Origin: Candidatus Latescibacterota bacterium
Lineage (GTDB): Bacteria; Latescibacterota; UBA2968
Length of the DNA stretch: 64,000 nucleotides
NCBI GenBank assembly: GCA_965204375.1
Contig: OZ241986.1
Location: 3,136,001 to 3,200,000, forward strand
Reading direction: 5' to 3'
A model generated the notes under the pieces. That model saw only the letters and a program-made list of their open reading frames with translations. It was not told the DNA's origin and made no database searches. This document shows positions 10,354 to 20,140 of this stretch, piece by piece. Both the position numbers and the translations under genes were made by a program. Numbering within the stretch: position 1 is the first letter of the stretch; each line of letters begins with the position of its first letter.

Positions 10354-10869
10354 TCATCTGTGTGCATCTGCGTGCATCTGCGGATCGTCTCGCTTTCTGA
10401 TCAGCCGCGCCGGTGTGCCTCCAACCACCGAATACGGTTCCACATCGCGCGTCACAACCGCGCCCGCCCCCACAATACTGTGCGCGCCAATACGCACCCC
10501 GCCAATAACCACGGCATTGGCACCAAACCACACGTCATCCTCTACGACAATCTCCCGCTTTTGCACCCTTTGTTTCACCATCGGAATATCGATTCGGTCG
10601 TACCCATGTCCCACACTCGCAAAAACCACATGTGCCGCCACCGCCACATAATTGCCAATAATCAAAGGCCCGTACAATACACTGTACGGCGCGAAATGCG
10701 TATGGCTACCAATATCGATCCACGCGCCACAGGGATTCACAAACACCCCATTGTGAAACGCCACATCATCGCCAATACGCACCAATTCTGGATGCCGAAT
10801 ATCGACCAGCGGATCAAAGTGAACCGACTCCCCAATCGCCTTAAATGCCGATCTGTCTATCTCAAACAT
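10354..10869 (-). CDS. Hexapeptide-repeat (LbH) acyltransferase
   Basis: IVVEDDVWFGANAVVIGGVRIGAHSIVGAGAVVTRDVEPYSVVGGTPAR. Confidence 0.9.
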   Translation of the reverse strand: MFEIDRSAFKAIGESVHFDPLVDIRHPELVRIGDDVAFHNGVFVNPCGAWIDIGSHTHFAPYSVLYGPLIIGNYVAVAAHVVFASVGHGYDRIDIPMVKQRVQKREIVVEDDVWFGANAVVIGGVRIGAHSIVGAGAVVTRDVEPYSVVGGTPARLIRKRDDPQMHADAHR

Positions 10870-11039
10870 AAGAATTCCCCTCCGCACACAGATTAATCAA
10901 TTACAGGACGTGATGCAATGGTATTTGCCCCTGCAAAGCCCGGCTGAAATTCACCGCTACCTTCTCTTTAAAAGTTTTTCATACCACCTACTATTATCGG
11001 ATAATCTCTGTTGTCTAAGGAAGGTTGCCTACCTATATT

Positions 11040-11068
11040 TTGACATTGTCACGCCCCCATATCACAAT
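11040..11068 (+). promoter_or_regulatory. Putative sigma70 promoter of the TonB receptor
   Basis: TTGACA, 17 bp spacer, CACAAT; GAGG RBS before the ATG at 11086. Confidence 0.5.
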
Positions 11069-11085
11069 AATTACACGAGGTTTTT

Positions 11086-13743
11086 ATGAAGTTCCTGATG
11101 TTTTTGTTTTTCGCGCCTGCAACCCTGTCTGCCGCTGTGCTCAGCGGCCAGGTGCTCGATGAGAAAACCGGGGAATCGCTGTTCGGCGCAAATGTTTATT
11201 TGGAAACACACGCGGTAGGAACAGCCACAGACCTCGATGGAAATTTCGCGATTCCCAATGTCAGCGACGGTAGCCACACGCTCGTCATTAGCTTTGTGGG
11301 ATATAAGGAATATCGCAATACCATCACAGTAAAAGAGGGGATGGGTGCATTGGTTGTGGTGCTAACGCCCGAAGCCATGCAGTTTGAAGAGGTCGTTGTG
11401 AGCGCGCCACGCGCCAAATTGCGCGAAACACCCATTGCGTTCTCCGATGTGCCAAAATCCGATATAGATCGCAAACTCGGCTCTCGCAGTCTGCCGATGC
11501 TTTTGAACGATACACCGGGCGTTTATGCGACCGAGCAAGGCGGTGGCGATGGCGATTCACGCATCAATGTGCGGGGATTTGACCAGCGCAACATCGCAGT
11601 CATGGTCAATGGCGTGCCAGTCAATAACATGGAAACCGGGTGGGTCTATTGGGTTGACTGGGATGTTCTCAGCGATGTGACATCGTCCATACAGGTGCAA
11701 CGCGGATTGGGCGCCTCAAATTTGGCGATAGCCTCGGTGGGGGGCACGCTGAATATTATTACCGATGCCGCCCGTCAACAGCGTGGGTTTAAGATCAAAC
11801 AGGAGGCCGCGACCAGTGCCTATTATAAAACCACGGTCAATTTTTCATCGGGCTTACTCAATGAAAAAAACGCGCTGAGCGTGGGCATTTCACGCAAAGT
11901 TGGCAATGGCATACCCGATCAAACGTGGACAGAAGGGTGGGCGTATTTCGGAGCGTTGAGCTTTTTGGCCTCTGAAACACACAAATTCGAGTTGTTTGTC
12001 GTGGGTACGCCGCAACGCCACGGGCACCGCCTGTACAAGCAGTCCATTGGCACTTTTGATACCGATTATGCGCGGTCTTTGGGCGCAGGCGCAACAGATG
12101 CGAAAAATTACGGAATCAATTACAACCCCAACTGGGGATATTCGCCGTTTTCATCTTACCGGGAATTTTTTAATGGCAAGGTGCGCGACGCGCGCGACAA
12201 CGCGATCATTATGGAACACGAGAACTACTATCACAAAACACAAGCCAATTTGAACTGGTATTGGACACCCCACGATCGGTTTGTTTTGTCCAATGTCTTT
12301 TATTGGGCGCGCGGCAAAGGCGGAGGCCTGGGACGCCTGGGCGTCAATCCGGGAACCAGGGCAGACGGCAGCATCGACTGGCAACACGCAGTGGACGAGT
12401 TGAACACGGAACCCGCATCACGAGCCAATCCCGACCTGGTACTTGCAGGCGAGGTCGGAGCCTTTGAGATTGCGGCGAAGACCATTATGCGAAACACGGG
12501 CAGCCTACAATACTATTACGGATATTTGGGCACGGGCGAATACGCGCTAACTCCTGCCTATAAGCTCGCCTTTGGCGTTGATTTGCGCGGCTATGAGGGG
12601 CAGCACTGGCGCGAAGTGCGAAATTTGATAGGAGCAGATTATTACGTTTTTACGGGAGACAGCAATGCCGCGACTTCTGTTAAACGCCTTGGAGACAAGA
12701 TCGCATATCACACCGATGGTCTGACGCGCTGGGGAGGCGGATTTATTCAACTCGAAAGGCAGGTGAACGACTTTACGGCATTTTTGAGCACATCGGCATC
12801 CATAACAGCTTATAAGCGCATCGACTATTTCCGCGCCAGGGTCAATGGGGAATGGGATCAGACAGATTGGAAAAGCTTTGGAGGCTATACGCTCAAGGCG
12901 GGGGGCAATTACAATATAACCCCTACGGTCAATGTGTATGCCAATATGGGCTGGCTTTCAACAGCCCCCAAATTTGGATCGGTTTATCACTACGACAACA
13001 GCCTCTACGATCCCACCTTCAATGAAAAAGTAGCGTCTTTTGAGTTAGGCGCAGGCTATCTCAAACGCGGGGTGATAACCGGAAACGCAAACTTTTATTA
13101 TACCAAATGGATCGACCGCTCGTGGCCCAAGAGTGTTTACAGCGCAAAGCTCGATCAGAACTTCCGGTTTTTGCTCAGCGGCATTGACGCGCGGCACACA
13201 GGCATAGAGTTCGACTTCAAGGCGCGCCCCCATCCCAGGCTGGAAGTGCGCAGCATGGTCTCACTCGGCAACTGGGAATGGCTCAACGATGCGCGCGCCA
13301 CATTTTTCCCCGAAGAAGATCCATTGATTGCAGACACGTTTCAAGTCTATGCCCATGGATTGAAGGTAGGCGACTCGGCGCAAAAAACCCTTGCGCTGAG
13401 CAGTACGGTATTTCCCATGCGCGGGATTTACACCACGCTGAGTTTGAGGCGATTTATGGATCACTACGCCAAATTCGATCCCGCCAACCGAACAGATCCC
13501 AATGACCGCCAGCAATCGTGGAAGGTGCCAAATTACAATTTGGCTGATCTCCACGCGGGTTACATCCTGCCCGCCAATACATTTGGCAATGGCAAAGTAA
13601 AACTGCAATTGCACATCTTCAATTTGTTCGACGCGCGCTATATTTCCGATGCAGACGATGGCGACAACCACGACGCCTCAACCGCGCTCGTCTTCCTCGG
13701 TCTGCCCCGCCGCTGGAATATTTCGTTATCCTACGATTATTAG
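11086..13743 (+). CDS. TonB-dependent receptor
   Basis: Signal peptide, CarboxypepD_reg-like N-domain, plug (INVRGFDQ...NGVPVN...IQVQRG...GGTLNIIT), barrel ending ISLSYDY. Confidence 0.93.
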   Translation: MKFLMFLFFAPATLSAAVLSGQVLDEKTGESLFGANVYLETHAVGTATDLDGNFAIPNVSDGSHTLVISFVGYKEYRNTITVKEGMGALVVVLTPEAMQFEEVVVSAPRAKLRETPIAFSDVPKSDIDRKLGSRSLPMLLNDTPGVYATEQGGGDGDSRINVRGFDQRNIAVMVNGVPVNNMETGWVYWVDWDVLSDVTSSIQVQRGLGASNLAIASVGGTLNIITDAARQQRGFKIKQEAATSAYYKTTVNFSSGLLNEKNALSVGISRKVGNGIPDQTWTEGWAYFGALSFLASETHKFELFVVGTPQRHGHRLYKQSIGTFDTDYARSLGAGATDAKNYGINYNPNWGYSPFSSYREFFNGKVRDARDNAIIMEHENYYHKTQANLNWYWTPHDRFVLSNVFYWARGKGGGLGRLGVNPGTRADGSIDWQHAVDELNTEPASRANPDLVLAGEVGAFEIAAKTIMRNTGSLQYYYGYLGTGEYALTPAYKLAFGVDLRGYEGQHWREVRNLIGADYYVFTGDSNAATSVKRLGDKIAYHTDGLTRWGGGFIQLERQVNDFTAFLSTSASITAYKRIDYFRARVNGEWDQTDWKSFGGYTLKAGGNYNITPTVNVYANMGWLSTAPKFGSVYHYDNSLYDPTFNEKVASFELGAGYLKRGVITGNANFYYTKWIDRSWPKSVYSAKLDQNFRFLLSGIDARHTGIEFDFKARPHPRLEVRSMVSLGNWEWLNDARATFFPEEDPLIADTFQVYAHGLKVGDSAQKTLALSSTVFPMRGIYTTLSLRRFMDHYAKFDPANRTDPNDRQQSWKVPNYNLADLHAGYILPANTFGNGKVKLQLHIFNLFDARYISDADDGDNHDASTALVFLGLPRRWNISLSYDY

Positions 13744-13806
13744 GAGAACATTGGCGAAAATCCCACTGAACCTGACCCGTTTTACCGGCAACCGTGCCCA
13801 ACAGTT

Positions 13807-15234
13807 TCAATGAGATAGGTGCTCATCAAGAGCAACGCTCAGCCGCTGAAAGACCTGGAGAAATTCATCGGCGACATCGTCCTTTTCATTGCGCTGCAAA
13901 TCGAACAGCAATTGGGGACGCTCGCGCTGAAGGCACTCCGTCTCATCGAACGGCACATGCATCGGTTCGAAGATATTGCCCCCAATGCGCTTTGCCGGAT
14001 CATAGCCGCGAACCAGTTTGAAACGCCCGTCGAAAACCATGCGCCAGGCACTCAGACCGGAAAATACCAGATCTCGATGCCTCCGCGCGCGGGCACCGAG
14101 ATAATCGACGAGCGAACGACTATCGAGATCATCACCAGGTGTCAAGCCAGCCCACTCGAGAAAACTGGAGGTCAGATCGAGTGTCGTCATCGGAGCGTCA
14201 TCGCGTCCGGAAGCCTCCACGCCCGGTCCAGCGATCACCAGCGGAACCCCCACCGAAGCCTGCAGGGGCGACAACTTCTGCCACTGGTCGTAATCGCCGA
14301 GCATCTCGCCATGGTCGCTGGTAAAGACAATAATAGTATCGTCCAGATCGCCCCGCTCGTGCACGCGCTCGACGAGGCGCCCGAGGCAAGAATCGAGATG
14401 TTCGACAGTAGCAGCCCAGTTGCGGCGCACCTCCTGATGCGTCTCGGGCGCGATATCCTCAGTGTTGAACACGGGAAGAGGAAACTCGACGGATGGCTCG
14501 CGGTACCATCGATGCATTGACTCAGTGATGTCCCACGGATGATGGGGATTCTGCAGATTCACCTCCAAATACCACGGCCTGTCGTCGGGCGCCCGATCCA
14601 GAAGGGTGAGCGCATTATTGGTGATCCAAGTATCGAAGTACGCATCGTCGGGAAGTGTCGTCGGGAAGGTAGCCGTCCACACGCCCTCCCGGCTTCGGCA
14701 CGCGTAATCTTCAATGTGCTCCTCTGCCAGGCCGCGCGCGTGCAAAAACGCCATGTACGCATCCTGAGGCACCATCTCGTTGTTGCGCATCAAAATGGTC
14801 GCCTGATTCAGCCCCGCATTGAAAATCGCATCAGAAAATCCCCATTCCTCCATGCCCTGGCACCCATCGACACCGCAGTGGAACCTGGGCGGATTCCCCG
14901 ATTGGTTATTGCCCACATGGTGTTTGCCAGCACCCATAACGTGGTATCCGGCCTCGTCGCGCAGGCGCAGGTGGTACTTGAGCATATTATCGGGAGCATA
15001 AGTGCCATTACCCCAAACGCGCGTGCGATCGTATTCCTGCCCAGATACCAGGCAGGCGCGCGACGGGGCGCAAACGGGTGACGGACAGATTGCATTGGCG
15101 AGCCAGACACCGCGCTCGGCGAGTTCCCGCAGATGCGGCGTGCGCACCGGAATATCGGGATTCATCTCGACCCACTCTGGCCGCTGCTGATCCGTTTGGA
15201 CAAAAAGTATATTGGGGCGCACCTCAATCCTCAC
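13807..15234 (-). CDS. S1 sulfatase (choline-sulfatase-like)
   Basis: RPNILFVQTDQQR, CPSPVCAPSR, GKHH, PHHPW, TSDHGEMLG. Confidence 0.92.
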   Translation of the reverse strand: MRIEVRPNILFVQTDQQRPEWVEMNPDIPVRTPHLRELAERGVWLANAICPSPVCAPSRACLVSGQEYDRTRVWGNGTYAPDNMLKYHLRLRDEAGYHVMGAGKHHVGNNQSGNPPRFHCGVDGCQGMEEWGFSDAIFNAGLNQATILMRNNEMVPQDAYMAFLHARGLAEEHIEDYACRSREGVWTATFPTTLPDDAYFDTWITNNALTLLDRAPDDRPWYLEVNLQNPHHPWDITESMHRWYREPSVEFPLPVFNTEDIAPETHQEVRRNWAATVEHLDSCLGRLVERVHERGDLDDTIIVFTSDHGEMLGDYDQWQKLSPLQASVGVPLVIAGPGVEASGRDDAPMTTLDLTSSFLEWAGLTPGDDLDSRSLVDYLGARARRHRDLVFSGLSAWRMVFDGRFKLVRGYDPAKRIGGNIFEPMHVPFDETECLQRERPQLLFDLQRNEKDDVADEFLQVFQRLSVALDEHLSH

Positions 15235-15248
15235 ACAACATGGAACTT

Positions 15249-16154
15249 CTAATTAAAACCCGGATATGTGCCGCCTTTCCTGGGACTGTAAGGCAAAAAC
15301 CGGGGGTCATAATAAACCAAAGGCATTTTGTTGTGAACATCGGTCTTAATCACTGCGGTTTTACCAGAATCTCCAGTTGTATTGCTTATAGCGAAATCAT
15401 CCTCTCCAATATAACCTACTTTGATTTCCCACATCCAGGCTGTATTTCCTCTATTTTCTTTCCCTCTAATAAAAATACCCTCGCGATCTCCCAAGACATA
15501 TCTAAAGGTTATGTACACACCGGCCTTAGGCAAATGTCCCTTGGGCTTGTTACTTTCCAAAGCCATTTTCAATTCTACATCTACGGCGGGTGCTTTGAGT
15601 GGCAATAAATCAGGGTATGCATGAGGACGATTACGTCTGTATAGTCCTTCTGATGATTTTGCTATACCACTTCCAAGCAAATTTCCCAACATAGATGAAA
15701 AATTTGCGAGTTCGACTAACTCTGCAACTACAGGAGATTGAGAGGATATTAATTTTCGGTCAATAGTATCTAATACGCCATAAGCATACTCAACTGCATC
15801 AAGTAACACACTGCCCTCAATACCCATTAATTCTAACAGGGTTTGTTCATTTCTAATATTTAATCTATTAGGCTTTCGCGGCTTTAGAAATTCAGAATAC
15901 TTAGAATTTTCCTCTACTGAAATCAACTCAGCCATTTGCACCAAATCCGATAGTGAAAATCCCAAGGCATGGGCAATTTGATTAGCCACTTGAATGGTGG
16001 GTACACGCTCGTGTCGTTCTAACAGCCCTACCATTGTTCTATGGATACCTGCTTGTTCCGCTAATTGTTCAAGAGTCAACTTCTGTTCTATGCGAACGGT
16101 TTTTATTATATCAAGAAAATTTTGGATAACTGAATCCAATCGATTTTGCTCCAT
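15249..16154 (-). CDS. XRE/C-protein-like HTH fused to putative type II restriction endonuclease
   Basis: N-terminal LTLEQLAEQAGIHRTMVGLLERHERVPT HTH; C-terminal YPDLL...VELK PD-(D/E)xK-like motif; divergent from a C5 MTase; AT-rich. Confidence 0.75.
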   Translation of the reverse strand: MEQNRLDSVIQNFLDIIKTVRIEQKLTLEQLAEQAGIHRTMVGLLERHERVPTIQVANQIAHALGFSLSDLVQMAELISVEENSKYSEFLKPRKPNRLNIRNEQTLLELMGIEGSVLLDAVEYAYGVLDTIDRKLISSQSPVVAELVELANFSSMLGNLLGSGIAKSSEGLYRRNRPHAYPDLLPLKAPAVDVELKMALESNKPKGHLPKAGVYITFRYVLGDREGIFIRGKENRGNTAWMWEIKVGYIGEDDFAISNTTGDSGKTAVIKTDVHNKMPLVYYDPRFLPYSPRKGGTYPGFN

Positions 16155-16211
16155 TCAACAACCCCTTAGATGATTTATAAAAAATATCAGGATGTGAGCA
16201 AGAAAAAAATC

Positions 16212-16243
16212 TTGACAGCTTCTAAAAAAGAGACTATAGTCTC
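16212..16243 (+). promoter_or_regulatory. MTase promoter with palindromic operator over the -10
   Basis: TTGACA(16212-17), 17 bp spacer, TATAGT(16235-40); perfect palindrome GAGACTATAGTCTC at 16230-16243. Confidence 0.75.
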
Positions 16244-16277
16244 CACCGAACACCAACCTTTCTCAGGAGATCTAATT

Positions 16278-17432
16278 ATGAAGCAAGCCAAAATCTTCGA
16301 TCTTTTTTGCGGCACGGGTGGTTTTTCAAAAGGTTTTGAAAAGGTTGCCGATATTCAATATCAAACTGTTTTGGGTGTAGATTTATTACCTATTGCTGTT
16401 GAAACTTTTTGTTTTAACCACCAGGAAGCCTTTGGGATATGCAAAGATATACGAACCCTGAGAAGAACGGCAGTTTCTGATATGCTAAAAATTAAAAGGG
16501 GAGAATTGGACTTAATTATTGGCGGTCCTCCTTGTCAAGGATTCTCTTCTATAAGACCTTTTCGCTCGTGTCAAGAGGACGATCCAAGAAATTCACTATT
16601 TGAGGAATATGCTTCATTTGTAAACTTTTTTCGGCCTAAAGCATTTGTACTAGAAAATGTTGTCGGTTTGGCAACGCATAAAAAGGGTTCTACAATAGAA
16701 ATGATGGAGGAATGTTTCTATAAAATAGGATATGAATGCGACTGGAAGATTCTCAATACTGCTCATTTTGGCATTCCTCAGAAACGAGAACGATTGATAT
16801 TTATAGGCGTCGTCAAAGGAAATATGCCCAAATTTCCTGTACCAAATTACCAATATAAAGGGGCGACTATCGGCCATAAAAAGAAATCCAGAATGCTTTT
16901 ACCAAAGGAGCCTGATCTTTTTACAAAATCAGAATTGAACCCTGCAATAACCGTTATGGACGCAATTGATGATTTGCCTCCTATTGAATCTGGCGAGAAA
17001 GCCACATTATATGTCAACAAGCCAAGAACGGAATATCAGCGGGCAAGAAGAAATGGAACCAAACTATTAACACTTCATGAAGCGACGAATCATTCAAAAA
17101 AAATGCTCGAAATAATACATCACGCGGGCAAAAACATCAATTCTATTCCCAAACATCTAATAAGTAGTGGGTTTAGTTCTTGTTATTCGAGATTGGATGC
17201 AAATGAACCTGCGGTAACAATAACGGTCAATTTTGTTCATCCAGCATCTAATAGATGTATCCATCCCCTACAAAACCGCGCTCTTACACCCAGAGAAGGC
17301 GCGCGCCTGCAATCCTTTGATGATGATTTCGCGTTTGCTGGTACTCGCTCACAAATCGTCAAACAAATAGGAAATGCAGTTCCAACTCTGTTGGGACAGC
17401 GCATCGGAGAAGCATTAGCTCCCATGTTTTAA
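16278..17432 (+). CDS. DNA (cytosine-5)-methyltransferase
   Basis: Motifs I DLFCGTGG, IV GGPPCQGFS, VI ENV, VIII QKRER, IX REGARLQSF, X QIGNAV; AGGAG RBS before 16278. Confidence 0.97.
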   Translation: MKQAKIFDLFCGTGGFSKGFEKVADIQYQTVLGVDLLPIAVETFCFNHQEAFGICKDIRTLRRTAVSDMLKIKRGELDLIIGGPPCQGFSSIRPFRSCQEDDPRNSLFEEYASFVNFFRPKAFVLENVVGLATHKKGSTIEMMEECFYKIGYECDWKILNTAHFGIPQKRERLIFIGVVKGNMPKFPVPNYQYKGATIGHKKKSRMLLPKEPDLFTKSELNPAITVMDAIDDLPPIESGEKATLYVNKPRTEYQRARRNGTKLLTLHEATNHSKKMLEIIHHAGKNINSIPKHLISSGFSSCYSRLDANEPAVTITVNFVHPASNRCIHPLQNRALTPREGARLQSFDDDFAFAGTRSQIVKQIGNAVPTLLGQRIGEALAPMF

Positions 17433-17466
17433 GCATTGACCATAGTACAAGCCAACCTGTTCTCCG

Positions 17467-18561
17467 CTATCCTAACTCTTTCAAAACCTCGCGCAACCGC
17501 TGTGCGACAATCACATCCTCTCCCTGCTCCATCATATAGGGCATCACCTCCACGCCATTATCGTGGGTGAACATCTCTATGCGCGGATCGCCATCTGACA
17601 ACTGCTGCTGGACCTCCTCTGGTGTAATCGGCAACACCGCCTGATCCCAGTGAACCTCCAGAATCGGCGCCACATTAGACCGCCCGGGATCTCGCACCCG
17701 CCTCGTCACCGACGGCAAATCCGCAACCGCACTGCCAATCACCTGCAACCATCGCTCCCACTCTGCCCACTCGGCATCGTGATCGCGCTGCACCCACTTC
17801 TCCACTGCCGCCAGCAACCCCATCACCTCCTCCTTGCCCGCCTTCATCGCCCGCCCCAGTGAATGATGCGGTGCGCCATTGGCAAACGCCGCCTGCAAAA
17901 TATCCTTTCGCCCCAGCACCAACCCCGACGACTGTGGACCTCGCAAACACTTACCCCCGCTATAAGCCACAACATCTGCACCCGCCTGCAAATACGCATT
18001 GGGCACATCTGGCCGCTCTGCCGCGGCATCCACAAATACCGGCACGCCCTTGCGATGACAAATCGCCACCACATCCTCAAGCGGAATATCGCTATGATCC
18101 GTTTGATCTCCAAAAAACGCAAACATCGCCGTGCGATCATCAATCGCTAAAGAAAGCGCATCGTGATCTTCCACCTCCACCATCTCCACACCCACCGCCC
18201 GAATCGCATGCGTATAAATGTGCAAATGCCCTGGCTGGTACAACACCCGATTCTTCAACCCCGTTGTATCGGGCAATTGTTTGATCTTATCTGGATCATC
18301 ACCCGCCACACACGCCGACGTCACCTGCGTCAGTGCCGCCGCGCATCCATTTGTCACCAGCCCCCACTCGCACTGCATCAACTCGGCAATACGCGCCCCC
18401 ACCGCATCCATCAACTCATCCAAATGCACATACGCCTTCGCGGCTTCCATCATCGCATCGCACACCTCGGGCAACATCAGCGAACCACTGATAATTGTAT
18501 AGGTCCCGCGACAGTTAATCAACGGCCGCACACCAATTGAACAATAAGTAGGAATAGCCAT
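17467..18561 (-). CDS. SelA-like / DgaE-like PLP-dependent enzyme
   Basis: GVRPLINCRGTYT, VFVDAAAE, YSGGKCLRGPQSSG, GRAMKAGKEE. Confidence 0.85.
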   Translation of the reverse strand: MAIPTYCSIGVRPLINCRGTYTIISGSLMLPEVCDAMMEAAKAYVHLDELMDAVGARIAELMQCEWGLVTNGCAAALTQVTSACVAGDDPDKIKQLPDTTGLKNRVLYQPGHLHIYTHAIRAVGVEMVEVEDHDALSLAIDDRTAMFAFFGDQTDHSDIPLEDVVAICHRKGVPVFVDAAAERPDVPNAYLQAGADVVAYSGGKCLRGPQSSGLVLGRKDILQAAFANGAPHHSLGRAMKAGKEEVMGLLAAVEKWVQRDHDAEWAEWERWLQVIGSAVADLPSVTRRVRDPGRSNVAPILEVHWDQAVLPITPEEVQQQLSDGDPRIEMFTHDNGVEVMPYMMEQGEDVIVAQRLREVLKELG

Positions 18562-18575
18562 AGTCGCCCTCCACA

Positions 18576-19985
18576 TCAGGCAAAATAGCGCGTGTACAAA
18601 ATATAAACCGCCAGACCAATCATCAGCAAAAAACAGAACCACAACAGCAGATCGGTCTTCAAAGACGGTTTCAGGCGCTGATCGAGATGTCTATAGCGCA
18701 AATACAACGTCCCCCCGGCAATCAGGGGAAACTTAATTGCCCCAAACAAATGCCCTATCGTCAGCATCCAAACCGGATTTTGAAAAAAGAAATACGCCAG
18801 AGAAGTCACCAGAGGGGACACCACCGCCCAAATGCGCAAAATGCGAACCCGCGTCTTGTAATCATTGCGCTCGACCAAACCCATAACAGACATCCCATCA
18901 GCAAAAATGCGCACCCCACCACCCAGACCGGATATCGCCGTTGAATAAAGCACAAAAAAAGCACCCACCATAAACAACCAGAACGCCCATTCGCCAAGTG
19001 TCTGCGTGTACATATTGGAAAGCACGGGAATCGTCTCCAGACCATCGGGTTGTTTATTGAGCCGATACAACACCCCCGCGCCCAGCATATAAAACGGAAT
19101 CGTCGCACAGGTCAGCAATCCCAATGTCAAAAGCACATCGGTTTGCATCACCCGAATCCATCCCCTCGCGCGCTGAACCCAGGCATTGGACTGATCTGCC
19201 GGTCCTGAAAAACGCGCATAGCCCTTTTCCACACACCAGTACGTATAGGCCATCTGCTCGCCCGAACCTACCCCGGTTCCGCCATACATCGCCAGCGCGG
19301 CCAGCAGCGCAAAAACAGGAAAACCAAACGTCAGCCCACCGCGCACCTCTTCCCAGGTAATCGCATATTCGGTCAACTGTAGCAAAACAGCACAGGTGAT
19401 CGTGATAAACGTAAACATGACCACCAGAACCGTCATCAGCTTTTCGAGAAACCGATACGTCCCGGTCAGAATAATCACAGACGCCGTACCAGCCAGAATA
19501 ACCGTCCACCATTCCGACCCGAGAGCAGGTAGCGCCATGTGAATCGCCTGACCAGCACCCCCGTAAATACCACCGCTGATCAACTGCCCGGGAATAATCC
19601 AGAGCAACCAAAAATAGATGTACCACGACACCTTCCGCCCGTTAAACGCGGGCAACTTTCCGGGCAATCGGTTAAAAGCGTGCAAAAAAGGTTCGCCAGA
19701 AGCAACCGAAAAACGCGCCAGTTCTGCCTGAACAATATTCTTGCTCCAGCAACTCACAAGCACAAACCAGAGCATTGAAAATCCAACAATAGAACCCAAA
19801 TTCGTCGTCAGAATAATCTCACCAGAACCCACCACAGACCCCACGAGAATCAGCCCTGGACCGAGAAACTTCAGCGTACTGCGAAGCCCTTGAGGGGGCT
19901 CCTGAACCGCCCGTGGATCCAGCGCGTAGAGATCTGGATTTTCATCTTCTCCCGATGGTTGCACAGTTTTGGACTCTTCTGGCAT
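18576..19985 (-). CDS. NRAMP-like secondary transporter
   Basis: LGPGLILVGSVVGSGE and about 11 TM helices. Confidence 0.8.
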   Translation of the reverse strand: MPEESKTVQPSGEDENPDLYALDPRAVQEPPQGLRSTLKFLGPGLILVGSVVGSGEIILTTNLGSIVGFSMLWFVLVSCWSKNIVQAELARFSVASGEPFLHAFNRLPGKLPAFNGRKVSWYIYFWLLWIIPGQLISGGIYGGAGQAIHMALPALGSEWWTVILAGTASVIILTGTYRFLEKLMTVLVVMFTFITITCAVLLQLTEYAITWEEVRGGLTFGFPVFALLAALAMYGGTGVGSGEQMAYTYWCVEKGYARFSGPADQSNAWVQRARGWIRVMQTDVLLTLGLLTCATIPFYMLGAGVLYRLNKQPDGLETIPVLSNMYTQTLGEWAFWLFMVGAFFVLYSTAISGLGGGVRIFADGMSVMGLVERNDYKTRVRILRIWAVVSPLVTSLAYFFFQNPVWMLTIGHLFGAIKFPLIAGGTLYLRYRHLDQRLKPSLKTDLLLWFCFLLMIGLAVYILYTRYFA

Positions 19986-20025
19986 ATACCCTCCCTTTGA
20001 ATTGACTTACCCTGCGAAAACAAAA

Positions 20026-20114
20026 AGCCACCCGGTATGCACAGCGCTTTGTCAGGCAGTCCCATGCCATTGGCGCTACTGACATCGTGCTGTGCGTGCG
20101 ACTTGCGGGTGGTT
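20026..20114. other. Long nested hairpin between infA and the transporter (structured RNA or terminator)
   Basis: AGCCACCCG/CGGGTGGTT, GTATGCACAGCGC/GTGCTGTGCGTGC and TGTCAG/CTGACA stems. Confidence 0.6.
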
Positions 20115-20140
20115 ATTTATTTAAGTACGATTTTGAGTAT

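Noticed and set aside
15235-17466. Prophage or transposon carrying the R-M genes
   Set aside because: No integrase, transposase, tRNA or evident direct repeats at the island borders.
17467-18561. Selenocysteine synthase selA
   Set aside because: Short SelA-like/DgaE-type protein, with no selB, selC or selD nearby.
20026-20114. SRP RNA, tRNA or integron attC
   Set aside because: Lacks the SRP helix-8 GNRA motif, a cloverleaf, and the attC AAC...GTT ends.
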